A stretch of 64,000 nucleotides of DNA from Candidatus Latescibacterota bacterium (GTDB taxonomy: Bacteria; Latescibacterota; UBA2968). Where the stretch lies: positions 1,695,366 through 1,759,365 of the forward strand of contig OZ253501.1 of NCBI GenBank assembly GCA_965262145.1, read 5' to 3'. Under the pieces are notes generated by a model, which ran no database searches, was not told the origin of the DNA, and saw only the letters and a program-made list of their open reading frames with translations. Of this stretch, positions 17,652 through 27,326 are shown piece after piece; within the stretch, counting starts at the first letter, position 1; the number at the start of each line of letters is the position of its first letter. A program made the translations under genes and the position numbers.

Positions 17652-18239
17652 CTATAGTTCAAATATACTTTGAATGGCACTTTGAACAACTTGCAGAAGC
17701 AAAATTAACAAAATAGGCGACAAATCGAACATGCCCAGTGGCGGAACGATCTGCCGAAAAGGCCCCATAATAGGCTCAGTCAAGCTGTAAAGCGTCCACA
17801 TAAACTTGCCCTCGCGCACGAAGGGCAACCAGGAAAATACGATACGCGCGATAATTAAAACCAACAAGATCGCAACGGCTCCATAGAGCAACCATCCGAT
17901 GACATGCAGGATTTCGCCAGAAGAAATTCCGTGCAACATTCCAATGAGTGCGCGCAGTACATCGTTGGTCAACCACTTGAAAAAAAATGCCCCAATCAAT
18001 GTCGCGATCACCAGTATCAACGGTGCCGCGGCGGTATTTCCGGGCATGTGCTGAGCAATGGGCCACACGAGGGGTTCCGTTATGCGCCGAACATAATATG
18101 CAGACCAGCCAAAAGAATTTATACGCAACAAAACAGCGCGCAGCAACAGCAACGCCACCATGCCGATTACCAATGCAACAAGCACCCAGTCAATGGCCTG
18201 CTGTATTAAAATAATCGTCTGAGCAACCATATCTACCAT
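17652..18239 (-). CDS. yggT: YggT-family membrane protein (tandem YggT repeats)
   Basis: 195 aa, polytopic, with two YggT-like repeats. Conserved yggS-yggT-divIVA linkage. Confidence 0.7.
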   Translation of the reverse strand: MVDMVAQTIILIQQAIDWVLVALVIGMVALLLLRAVLLRINSFGWSAYYVRRITEPLVWPIAQHMPGNTAAAPLILVIATLIGAFFFKWLTNDVLRALIGMLHGISSGEILHVIGWLLYGAVAILLVLIIARIVFSWLPFVREGKFMWTLYSLTEPIMGPFRQIVPPLGMFDLSPILLILLLQVVQSAIQSIFEL

Positions 18240-18242
18240 AGT

Positions 18243-18926
18243 CTATACCGCCCGCTGACCAAAAATTGCCGTGCCCACGCGAACCATTGTCGCGCCTTCT
18301 TCAATCGCAACTTCAAAGTCGCTGGTCATCCCCATGGACAAGGCAGATACATGGGGCTTATGAATTGCGATGCGATCCCTGATTTGTCGCAACAAGACAA
18401 AATTTGGTCGCACTGTTTCGGGGTCTGGTGCAAATGCGCCAATCGTCATCAGCCCTGCCACCGAAACGCCCTCTAAGTCATCGACCTGCCCGACCAGGTC
18501 TAATGCCGCGTTGGGCGATACACCAAATTTCGATTCTTCGCCCGATGTATTCACCTGTACCAATACGCGAACTGCGGTATTATTTTTTGTAGCCTGCTGG
18601 CTGATCTCTCGCGCCAGACGCAATGTGTCAACCGAATGAATCAGATCGAATAAAGGCAACGCAATTTTGACTTTGTTGCGCTGTAAGTGCCCAATCAAAT
18701 GCCAGGATACAGTGCCCGCCACCTCTGTGACCTTGTACTGGGCCTCTTGCACGCGACTTTCACCTAAAACCCGTGTCCCCGCATCTATGACCTGTTGCAC
18801 GACATCGGCAGGCCAGGTCTTTGTTACGACAATCAATTTAACCGCATCTGTTGACCGCCCGGACCGATGGGCAGCCCTGGCTATGCGGTCTTGAACGCGC
18901 TTTAAGTTCTCAGCAATTGCCGACAT
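18243..18926 (-). CDS. yggS: YggS-family pyridoxal-phosphate homeostasis protein
   Basis: Alanine-racemase-N-terminal-fold PLP protein ('LIVVTKTWP', '…HLIGHLQRNK…'). Start taken at MSAIAENL. Confidence 0.8.
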   Translation of the reverse strand: MSAIAENLKRVQDRIARAAHRSGRSTDAVKLIVVTKTWPADVVQQVIDAGTRVLGESRVQEAQYKVTEVAGTVSWHLIGHLQRNKVKIALPLFDLIHSVDTLRLAREISQQATKNNTAVRVLVQVNTSGEESKFGVSPNAALDLVGQVDDLEGVSVAGLMTIGAFAPDPETVRPNFVLLRQIRDRIAIHKPHVSALSMGMTSDFEVAIEEGATMVRVGTAIFGQRAV

Positions 18927-19143
18927 AGGTTCCGGTCTCAAAATTGAAATATAGATTTTATAATGTAGGTAAAAAACCGTGTAATGGCAACAAAAAGGCT
19001 TGGAATATATGAAGTAAGCTGCGTGAGATTTTTAGCCGTGTCCCGCAAAAAATCGTTGACCCCACACGGGGGATATATGTATTGTAGTGTGCAGAGTACA
19101 GGCCCTTTCACGTCATGTCTTTACTAAGTCTGGAGCTATTCTT

Positions 19144-21066
19144 ATGCCTCGAAATGGTTATGGACACATGGTGCTGGATGATTATGTTGCGCGTGTGCGG
19201 GCTGTAAATGCCGACCGCGCAAAACGCCTGTCATCTATTCGCACAAAAAAAGAAGCTTTTGCATACCGAGATGCGGTACGCGAGGCCATTGACAAAGCCT
19301 ATCGCCCATGGCCGCGCAAAACACCTCTTCAAGCGCGCGTCGTCGGTACAATTGAATGCAGCCATTATCGCATTGAAAAAATCCTCTTTGAGAGCCGCCC
19401 GGGCTGTTTGGTCACTGCCCACCTCTACGTGCCCGACAAACTCGATGGGCCAGCACCTGGTATTATTGGCTCTTGCGGTCACGCTGCCGATGGCAAAAAT
19501 GCACCGCTTTATCAGGCATTTTGTCAGCGTCTGGCGCGCAATGGCTTTGTCGTCTTGATCTATGATCCCTTCAACCAGGGAGAGCGCGATCAATATTATG
19601 CTCTGCGTAGCAGGGAAAGCGTGCGATCATCCACACATGCCCACAATATGATGGGCAAACAACTCGAACTCGTGGGCGAATGGTTTGGCGCGTGGCGCGC
19701 CTGGGATGGTATTCGCGCGCTCGACTATCTGCTTACACGTCCCGAAGTTGATCCCGCGCACATCGGGCTTACGGGCAACTCGGGCGGCGGTACAATGACC
19801 AGTTGGATCTGGCCGGTAGAAGAGCGTTTTACTATGGCTGCCCCCAGTTGCTTTGTTACTACGTTTGCCGCCAACCTCGAAAATGAACTGCCCGCAGATT
19901 CGGAACAGTATCCGCCGGGTGTGATTGGCGCGGGTCTGGACATGGCCGATTTTTTTATTGCCCGAGCACCGGCTCCCGTCATTCTACTCGGTCAAACGTA
20001 TTGCTTTTTTGACCGACGTGGTCTCAAACAAGCCTATTCTGAAATCCGTCGTTTTTACGATATCGTTGGCGCACCAGCCAATGCGACTGATATTTTTATC
20101 GGGCCAGAAAACCACGGTTTTTTTCTCGACAACCAGGAAGCTATGGTGCGATTTTTTGCAAGGCATGCCGGCATTCAGCGGGTTACTCGTTTGGAAGAGA
20201 CTGAAGACCCGGGGGGCGAAGCATTAAATGTCACACCAAAAGGCGAAGTTGTGCCCGAAGGAGCTACCCCCATATACGATCTCATCGCACAAAAAGCCGA
20301 TGTTCTTGCGTCAAAACGCAAAAAGCTGAGCAAAGACCAGCTCATCCGTCGCGTGCTGCGTTTGCTCAACTTGTCTGTCAACCGCGACCTGCCACACCAT
20401 CGGTGGTTGCGCAGCACGACAGAAGATGGCGTTCGTCTGGCGCGGTATGCGATTGAAACCGAGGGCACTATTCGCGCTATTATGCGAAAACGCCTGTCCA
20501 ATCCATCTTATTCGCATACGCTCGATGTCGAGCGCGAAGTCCATCTCTATATGCCCCATATTTCTTCGGAAATAGATCTGGTTGAAGACCCTTTGGCGAA
20601 AAAACTCAAAGAGCAACATCCGCTCTATGCACTCGATGTGCGCGGCCTGGGGGAATCGCTTGCCGATGATGAACGCGACTTTTTTCACCCTTATGGCAAC
20701 GACTATATGTGCAATGGATATGGTCTGATGCTCGGTCAGTGCTTTCTCGGACGGCGGGTTCACGATGTGTTATCGACACTCGACCTGCTGGTTGATGAAG
20801 GGGCAGAAGAGATCCATCTCTACGGACGGGGGCAAGGTTCGCTTCACGCGCTGTTTGCCGGATTTCTCCATCCCGCAGTGACGTCTGTTACTCTGAAAAA
20901 CTATCCGCTGTCCTATCACGCATGGACACAAACGCCCCTGGTTAGTTGGCCTGCTACCAATATCCCTCGGGGCGTTCTCACATCATTTGATCTGCCCGAT
21001 CTGATGGATGCTCTGGACAAAAAACTCGAGCTTATACAACCCTGGGGGGCGATATGGGAGAAGTAA
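19144..21066 (+). CDS. Alpha/beta-hydrolase (AXE1/dienelactone-hydrolase-like esterase) with tandem second alpha/beta-like half
   Basis: Nucleophile elbow 'GLTGNSGGG' (GxSxG) in the first half. The second half has 'YGRGQGS', where the serine position is changed. Start chosen at ATG 19144 with GGAG upstream. The ORF opens at 19087. Confidence 0.55.
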   Translation: MPRNGYGHMVLDDYVARVRAVNADRAKRLSSIRTKKEAFAYRDAVREAIDKAYRPWPRKTPLQARVVGTIECSHYRIEKILFESRPGCLVTAHLYVPDKLDGPAPGIIGSCGHAADGKNAPLYQAFCQRLARNGFVVLIYDPFNQGERDQYYALRSRESVRSSTHAHNMMGKQLELVGEWFGAWRAWDGIRALDYLLTRPEVDPAHIGLTGNSGGGTMTSWIWPVEERFTMAAPSCFVTTFAANLENELPADSEQYPPGVIGAGLDMADFFIARAPAPVILLGQTYCFFDRRGLKQAYSEIRRFYDIVGAPANATDIFIGPENHGFFLDNQEAMVRFFARHAGIQRVTRLEETEDPGGEALNVTPKGEVVPEGATPIYDLIAQKADVLASKRKKLSKDQLIRRVLRLLNLSVNRDLPHHRWLRSTTEDGVRLARYAIETEGTIRAIMRKRLSNPSYSHTLDVEREVHLYMPHISSEIDLVEDPLAKKLKEQHPLYALDVRGLGESLADDERDFFHPYGNDYMCNGYGLMLGQCFLGRRVHDVLSTLDLLVDEGAEEIHLYGRGQGSLHALFAGFLHPAVTSVTLKNYPLSYHAWTQTPLVSWPATNIPRGVLTSFDLPDLMDALDKKLELIQPWGAIWEK

Positions 21067-21098
21067 GAAGTAAGAAGTGGGGCTGGAGACTGGCTGGT

Positions 21099-21875
21099 TT
21101 ATCTTTCCAGTTGCTCGCGCAAATGGGCTTCCATTGCCACAAATTGGGGGTCGGCGCGCAAGGTGTTTTCTCGAGGATGGGGAAAATTAACTTTCAGGTC
21201 TTCCGTAATTCTGCCGGGTCTGGCAGACATCACCACAACGCGGTCAGAGAGGAGCAATGCCTCGGAAATGCTGTGGGTGATAAATAAAACAGCAGCACCG
21301 GTCGCCTGCCATATTCGCAACAGTTCAATCTGCATCTTTTCCCGCGTCATTTCATCCAATGCCCCCAAAGGCTCGTCCATAAGCAAAACGGATGGTCGGA
21401 AGGTCAAAACTCTGGCAATGGCGACCCGCGATTGCATGCCACCCGATAGTTCGCGCGGATAAGCATGCTCAAATCCAGCCAATCCGACTATGTCGATCGT
21501 CTTAGAGACCCGGCTCAGAATTTCTGCGTCTCCAAAGACCTCTGCTGGCAGACGCACATTTTCTTCCACAGTGCGCCAGGCGAGAAGCGAGGGTTGTTGA
21601 AACACAAAGCCGACCAATCGTTCGCGCCGCGCGGCTTCGGGTATTTTCCCCAGTACGCGAACCGTGCCTTTGGTCGGTGTTTCCAGATCGCCGACAATCC
21701 GCATTAAGCTCGTTTTACCACATCCCGAGGGACCGATCATGCTGACAAATTCGCCTTGCTCAATCCGCAGAGAAATTTGTGCGAGCGCCTCTACGCGGTT
21801 GCTGTCGGTCACAAAAACCTTGTGAATATCCCGCAGTTCAATGGCTAATTCACTCACTTTACGTCTCACCTTCAA
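21099..21875 (-). CDS. ABC transporter ATP-binding protein (NitT/TauT-SsuB-like), no cognate permease/SBP adjacent
   Basis: Walker A 'GPSGCGKTS', signature 'LSGGMQSRVAIAR', Walker B 'LLMDEPLGALD'. Confidence 0.85.
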   Translation of the reverse strand: MKVRRKVSELAIELRDIHKVFVTDSNRVEALAQISLRIEQGEFVSMIGPSGCGKTSLMRIVGDLETPTKGTVRVLGKIPEAARRERLVGFVFQQPSLLAWRTVEENVRLPAEVFGDAEILSRVSKTIDIVGLAGFEHAYPRELSGGMQSRVAIARVLTFRPSVLLMDEPLGALDEMTREKMQIELLRIWQATGAAVLFITHSISEALLLSDRVVVMSARPGRITEDLKVNFPHPRENTLRADPQFVAMEAHLREQLER

Positions 21876-23353
21876 TGCTTGATCAAGTGTTTTTCCAGGG
21901 TTTTGACTACGGTGCGCAGCGTTTTAATGCGCGCATATAGCTTGCAATTGGACTCTACAATGGTCCATGGCGCGTGATCTGTATTTGTGCGATATAACAT
22001 CTCATCCACAGCGTCGCGATACTGGTTCCATTTCTCTCGATTGCGCCAATCTTCATCTGTAATTTTCCACTGTTTGAACGGTGTTTTTTCGCGGTCTTGA
22101 AAGCGTCGCAATTGTTCGTCTTTGTCAATATCGATCCAGAATTTGAATAATAGGGTACCGTAATTTGCCATCTGTTCTTCCATTTCGTTGATTTCGCGAT
22201 ACGCGCGCTGCCATTCCTGTTTTGTCGCAAATCCCTCTACGCGCTCAACCAGAACGCGCCCGTACCACGACCGATCAAAGATGGCAAAATGGCCAGCTTT
22301 GGGCATTTTGATCCAGAACCGCCACAAATAGTGATGTGCCAATTCAATATCATTTGGCGCGGCGATGGGGATCACTTCGTATCCACGCGGGTCCATGCGG
22401 CGCACCAGGCGTTTGATATTGCCGCCCTTTCCCGCAGCGTCCCAGCCTTCGTACACAATGACCACCGACTGCCTTTGCATATACACATCGTGTTCAAGTT
22501 CCCATATTCGTTTCTGATAAACGCGGCGCAGGCGATCGTATTCTTTGCGCGTGAGTTCTTTGGACAAATCAGATGTATCGAGCATAGAATGCGGGATTGG
22601 GGATAGGGAAACCGCTTTGGCCCGCGTCTTTTTGTTTAGCGATGTCAGCTTTTTCTCCACGACTTCTATCACTTTTTCAAATACTGAAACCGCCGCAAAA
22701 CGCCAATTTTGGGCAGGAACAATATGCCAGGGCGCGTATTTACTATCCGTACGCGCGATCATCTCTTCGATGACTTCCCCATACGATTCGTATTGCTTAT
22801 TCTTTTTCCAATCGTAATCTGTTACGCGCCATGAAGTCATTGGGTTTTTCTCGAGTTGCTTAAAACGCTTTTGCTGTTCTTTGCGTGAAATGTGCAGGAA
22901 AAATTTGATGATCACATGGCCGTCATCTACGAGTTGTCGCTCGAAACTATTTACTTCTTGATATGCTTTATCAACCGGCAGTTTGCCCATCATCGGATCC
23001 ATTTTCTCCACAATGAACCGACTGTACCAACTCCGACCGTAAATCGCTATGCGCCCGCGTTCGGGTATTTGAGTCCAGAATCGCCACATAAATGGTCGGT
23101 AAGTCTCTTCTTCATTGGAAACCTGCGTCGAATATACTTTGACGCCTCGGGGATCGAGTACTTGCAACAATTCGTTGATCTGTCGCCCTTTGCCAGAAGC
23201 GCCCCAGCCTTCGAATACAATTGTGATGGACACATTGTTTTCCAGCGCCTGTCGCTCGAGTTGGCCCATTTTTATTTTCAACTTTTCCATCCGGGCGTTG
23301 TATTCAGATTTTTTCATTTCTTGTTTTAGATCAATAGCATCCAGCATTCCCAT
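21872..23353 (-). CDS. Two-domain polyphosphate kinase 2 (class II PPK2 / polyphosphate:AMP phosphotransferase-type)
   Basis: Two PPK2 repeats, each with a P-loop-like 'FEGWGASGKG' / 'YEGWDAAGKGG' and 'WRFW…R…IFDRSWY' motifs. 4-bp overlap with the downstream ABC ATPase. Confidence 0.85.
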   Translation of the reverse strand: MGMLDAIDLKQEMKKSEYNARMEKLKIKMGQLERQALENNVSITIVFEGWGASGKGRQINELLQVLDPRGVKVYSTQVSNEEETYRPFMWRFWTQIPERGRIAIYGRSWYSRFIVEKMDPMMGKLPVDKAYQEVNSFERQLVDDGHVIIKFFLHISRKEQQKRFKQLEKNPMTSWRVTDYDWKKNKQYESYGEVIEEMIARTDSKYAPWHIVPAQNWRFAAVSVFEKVIEVVEKKLTSLNKKTRAKAVSLSPIPHSMLDTSDLSKELTRKEYDRLRRVYQKRIWELEHDVYMQRQSVVIVYEGWDAAGKGGNIKRLVRRMDPRGYEVIPIAAPNDIELAHHYLWRFWIKMPKAGHFAIFDRSWYGRVLVERVEGFATKQEWQRAYREINEMEEQMANYGTLLFKFWIDIDKDEQLRRFQDREKTPFKQWKITDEDWRNREKWNQYRDAVDEMLYRTNTDHAPWTIVESNCKLYARIKTLRTVVKTLEKHLIKH

Positions 23354-23356
23354 ATT

Positions 23357-24481
23357 TTACTCCTCTACCCACGAGCGCGAGTCGGGCACGTCTAACCACG
23401 CCCCGTCTTGCACAATTGATTGCTGACTGATTAATCCCGGCAAGGTCATGTCCATTGCCTCGTGAATGCCAATTGGACAGTCGATTTCGCCGTTAATGCT
23501 TTGGATAAAATCCATTATTTCAAAAAAGTCGCCTCCGCCGTGCCCTGTTTTTAATGCCGCTTCAGAGGGGTTGCGCCACATGTCGGGCAAATAATCTTCT
23601 TCTAAATTTTCCAAAACCATCCATTCATTTTTTTTGTCGCAGATATCTGCAAGCCATACGCGATTGACGCCACCGCGCGCGCGCGCCGATTCATAACACC
23701 CTTTTGTCCCTTGTAGTTGGAAATTGCCGGTTGCATGGGGCCGCTCCGATAGCATATCTACCCGAATTTTTACCAGTCCACCGCACGCCATTTGGCACAA
23801 CATGACGCACGAATCCTGATTTTCATACTGATCTCCCCGCGGGTCTGTGTAATGGTGCCCGCTGCCTGCACAACACACGCGCACCACGCGGTCGCCTGGC
23901 ATCCATTGCAAAAGAGGTCCCAGGCTGTGCGTGCAATAGGTTATACCATCAATGCCCGTTTGCCACTTGCGCCGCCATGTTGTGATTTCATTCAGGGCTT
24001 TCAATTCGTGTAAATACTCTCCTTCTCCATAATATACATCGCCAAACAAACCCCGGCGCACGAGTTCTTTCACCAGTACGTTGGCGCGGGTATAGGTGTA
24101 ATTTTCAGCCATCATATAGATTGCTTTTGACGAAGTAGCGGCCTGCACCAACTCGCGGCATTCCGCTACGGAGACCCCGGCGGTGACTTCGCTCAGAACG
24201 TGAATATTGCGACGCAGTGCCTCAATTGCCTGCGGAGCGTGAAAATGCATGGGCGTGCCAATGACGACCGCATCGATTTCAGAACGCGCCAGCATGGTTT
24301 CATAATCCGCGTATTTTTCAGGCGCTCCCAATCGTTCAGCAGCAGCGTCGAGTTCCTCTTCGCGCACATCGCACACTGCGTGAATGCGGGCCGTTTCCTG
24401 CGCTTCAAAAGCCACCCGAAAACTGCCCCCTCGCCCAGCAGCCCCCACAATGCCCACGTTTAATTTTTCAGTAATGCCCAT
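23357..24481 (-). CDS. Gfo/Idh/MocA-family NAD(P)-dependent oxidoreductase
   Basis: Rossmann 'VGIVGAAGRGG'. ATG 24481 is preceded by GGGAG. The longer listed ORF start 24673 runs into the upstream gene. Confidence 0.8.
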   Translation of the reverse strand: MGITEKLNVGIVGAAGRGGSFRVAFEAQETARIHAVCDVREEELDAAAERLGAPEKYADYETMLARSEIDAVVIGTPMHFHAPQAIEALRRNIHVLSEVTAGVSVAECRELVQAATSSKAIYMMAENYTYTRANVLVKELVRRGLFGDVYYGEGEYLHELKALNEITTWRRKWQTGIDGITYCTHSLGPLLQWMPGDRVVRVCCAGSGHHYTDPRGDQYENQDSCVMLCQMACGGLVKIRVDMLSERPHATGNFQLQGTKGCYESARARGGVNRVWLADICDKKNEWMVLENLEEDYLPDMWRNPSEAALKTGHGGGDFFEIMDFIQSINGEIDCPIGIHEAMDMTLPGLISQQSIVQDGAWLDVPDSRSWVEE

Positions 24482-24485
24482 GGTT

Positions 24486-27272
24486 TTACTCCCATGTGTT
24501 GTTTGTAAAATCCAGTTGATTGGCGTTTTCGGATACGGCGCGTTTGATTTGATCTGGAACGCCATTGGGGAACTCTGCCTGTATTTCCAGCCGGACATCC
24601 ACCTGTGCTTGTGGGTCGCTTTGAAGAAGGCTGATGATTTCTTCGGCAATTTGTACAAGACGCATCTTTGCAACGGATGGATTTACATTCGCTGTGCCGA
24701 TGAATGTATGTATAGAAGTCTGTTCCTCTGGGGGGGGAGTCTCTTCGGGTGGTGGGGCAGGGGCGGGAGGACTGCCAGGGGGAGGGTCTGGGTCTATATC
24801 GGGATCAGGCGTTTGATTTTCAGCTTCGTATTGCTTTGCGGCTTCTGGTTCGATCAACAAGAGTGTGTCGTCGAGTTGTACATTTGCATCACCTAACTTG
24901 AAGCCATCGAATTTGCCATCGCTATGTCCATAAGCTGTACCAAAGAAATCTCGGCTGTCAGCCCCTGTCGCGATAACCTGAGCAAATACATCGCGATTTT
25001 TGAGGCGCGGAAGGTAGAGGTACTGCATCGTATCTTCCCAAAATACCATAGCCTCAATGGCGGGTTTATCGGGTTTCCAATAAAGCTCTTGTAGTCTGGT
25101 GCGAAGGTGAATAGGTGACCATGTGATAATTACCAGTTCGTTTTCCACGCATACGCGCTCAATTTCATTTCCCAATGGGGTGCCATGCGTGTTCAATGCA
25201 AATGCTTCGACAATGAGTTTGCGGTCTGTGGGCGTGTTTTGCACCGCACACAAAAGCCATTTATAACATTCTCGCGCAATTTGTGGGAGAACATCTTCGG
25301 CGGTTTGAAGCTGTTTTTGTGCCTGTTGGACCTGAAGCGTGTCCAGCACTAGGCGCATCTCAGATACATCTTCGACGATTGATTTCCAGGCCAAAGCCAC
25401 CCGAATACAATCGCGCAACCGCCCCAACAAACTATAATCTGGCGCGAGGAATACCAACCGATTGCCCCGGTACCTGGGTTTTGCACCGTGATTGCGCACA
25501 TAGTCCAGAATCGCTTCGGTTGAGAGCCGCGTTTCTTCACGAGAATAAAAATTTTCAGGCAAGAGATAGATCAGGCGCAATGCGCTGTCATCGGGAACAT
25601 CGGCATGGGGAGTAAATATGTGCTTGCCCTCGAAAAACGAGATGCCGGTTGACATTTTTTTCAGTACTTCGGCCAGCTTGCCGCGCACTTCGTTTTTGTC
25701 ATCAAAGCGTCTCTTGCGGTCTTCCATCTCGCGCCGAAGATTTGCTCGCGTATCAAACCAGAACCGCGTGACTTCTCGCGCTTTGTCGCCAGAACTGTTG
25801 AGATAATGCAAGCGATCCGATAGGCGATTGAGGGCGTCTGAATAAACCGAAGATGGTTGACCGGGTTGCAAACACCCCAATAGTACACGCGATCTATCGA
25901 GTCCCCGTGTGTTGGATGTTTGTACAGCAGAAGAAGGCGCACTCCCCAGAAAAAGCGTTCTTGCCACGCGGCGGGCAGCCTGAACAGCACCAAACCGAGG
26001 CTCTTTGTTTTCGAGTTCTGTTGTTTCTGCGCGTTCACCGTCTATGTCTCTTTCTATGACGGGATCCCAGCCCGCTGGCAAATAATAGGTCAATTCGTTG
26101 CGGGAGCCGCCATCGTACAGGGGCAAACTGCTGGGCAAAATCATCGTGTCTTTATTGTCGTCTTCCCATAACCGATAAATTACTTTGGCCATCAGTTTGA
26201 GTACGCCGCGCGTACGCTGGAACCCATCTATGGTAGCCCAATCTTCGTATAGCCGATCAAAGACTTCGGGGTGGATGGGATAGGCTTGTATCAAGCGGTC
26301 GAAATAGCGGGCTTCTTGTGTTTCTCCCGGTAGCTTTGCACCTTCGGCAACATACGCATCGGCATAAGCCCTGCAAACTGTTTCGCGGGTTTGTTCATCG
26401 GTGATGGTTTGGAATAAACGCCGCCTTACGATTTCAAATGCCTCTTCGGTTGCAACGGGCTTCCACAGGGCCTGTACGCGCCCAAATGTTTTTTCCAATG
26501 CACGCAAAGCCATGATCCCCCGGTTGCCACCTGCTTCCACTGTAGATTCGGGTAAGGATCCCAAAATCACGGCATTGGGTACTAATTTACACGCTTCTGT
26601 GAGGGCTTGAATAAATGACAAATTGCTGTCATAACTTCCACCGCTCAAATTTTGTCCTTCCTGAAATTGCCGAATATAAGCTACCAATTCGTCAATGAGG
26701 ATCACACAGGGTGCGTAAGTTTCCAGGAGTGTTTTTAGCACATCTTTGCCCGGTGATGTGCCATTTGCATCGGCTGCTTTGACAAGCTCAAATCCCTCTT
26801 TTTCCCCCAATTGGTAGGCGAGTTCACCCCACAATGTGCGAATGCCGTGTTTCCATGGCTGACCGGGTGCATGAGCCTGACCGTCTAAAATGGCAACCCG
26901 CGCTTTGGGTACGTCCATCATCCCGGCCTTGTCGAGCAGTGTTGGAATGCCCGCCAAATCACTCAATTCACAATTTCTCGTTGTGAGATGATAGACTGCC
27001 AATAGCGTGTGCGTTTTGCCGCCCCCAAAAGCCGTTTGCAATTGAATGACTGGCTCTCCACCTGTACCATTGAGCCGCTGCGCGACTTGCATCAGCAGCG
27101 TTTCCATGCCTTCTGTGATGTAGGTGCGCTGAAAAAAAGCAATGGGGTCTTGATATTCCCGCGTGGCTTCACCCTTGCGAACGGCTGTTATATCGGCGGC
27201 AAATTCCGATTGCTGAAACGTGCCTTCGAGCACATCGGGATGAGGAATAACGACTTCTCTCCAGGGTTTCAT
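24486..27272 (-). CDS. DUF499-family (BrxC-like) P-loop ATPase, component of a DUF499/DUF1156/SNF2 three-gene defence system
   Basis: Start '[14 protein letters not shown]…[11 protein letters not shown]' is typical of DUF499. Walker A '[10 protein letters not shown]'. Length ~928 aa. Confidence 0.75.
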   Translation of the reverse strand: MKPWREVVIPHPDVLEGTFQQSEFAADITAVRKGEATREYQDPIAFFQRTYITEGMETLLMQVAQRLNGTGGEPVIQLQTAFGGGKTHTLLAVYHLTTRNCELSDLAGIPTLLDKAGMMDVPKARVAILDGQAHAPGQPWKHGIRTLWGELAYQLGEKEGFELVKAADANGTSPGKDVLKTLLETYAPCVILIDELVAYIRQFQEGQNLSGGSYDSNLSFIQALTEACKLVPNAVILGSLPESTVEAGGNRGIMALRALEKTFGRVQALWKPVATEEAFEIVRRRLFQTITDEQTRETVCRAYADAYVAEGAKLPGETQEARYFDRLIQAYPIHPEVFDRLYEDWATIDGFQRTRGVLKLMAKVIYRLWEDDNKDTMILPSSLPLYDGGSRNELTYYLPAGWDPVIERDIDGERAETTELENKEPRFGAVQAARRVARTLFLGSAPSSAVQTSNTRGLDRSRVLLGCLQPGQPSSVYSDALNRLSDRLHYLNSSGDKAREVTRFWFDTRANLRREMEDRKRRFDDKNEVRGKLAEVLKKMSTGISFFEGKHIFTPHADVPDDSALRLIYLLPENFYSREETRLSTEAILDYVRNHGAKPRYRGNRLVFLAPDYSLLGRLRDCIRVALAWKSIVEDVSEMRLVLDTLQVQQAQKQLQTAEDVLPQIARECYKWLLCAVQNTPTDRKLIVEAFALNTHGTPLGNEIERVCVENELVIITWSPIHLRTRLQELYWKPDKPAIEAMVFWEDTMQYLYLPRLKNRDVFAQVIATGADSRDFFGTAYGHSDGKFDGFKLGDANVQLDDTLLLIEPEAAKQYEAENQTPDPDIDPDPPPGSPPAPAPPPEETPPPEEQTSIHTFIGTANVNPSVAKMRLVQIAEEIISLLQSDPQAQVDVRLEIQAEFPNGVPDQIKRAVSENANQLDFTNNTWE

Positions 27273-27326
27273 AATACCTGCTCCGGTTGAATTTACTGTT
27301 CGGCCTTTGGGCAAGAGGGGCGTGGT

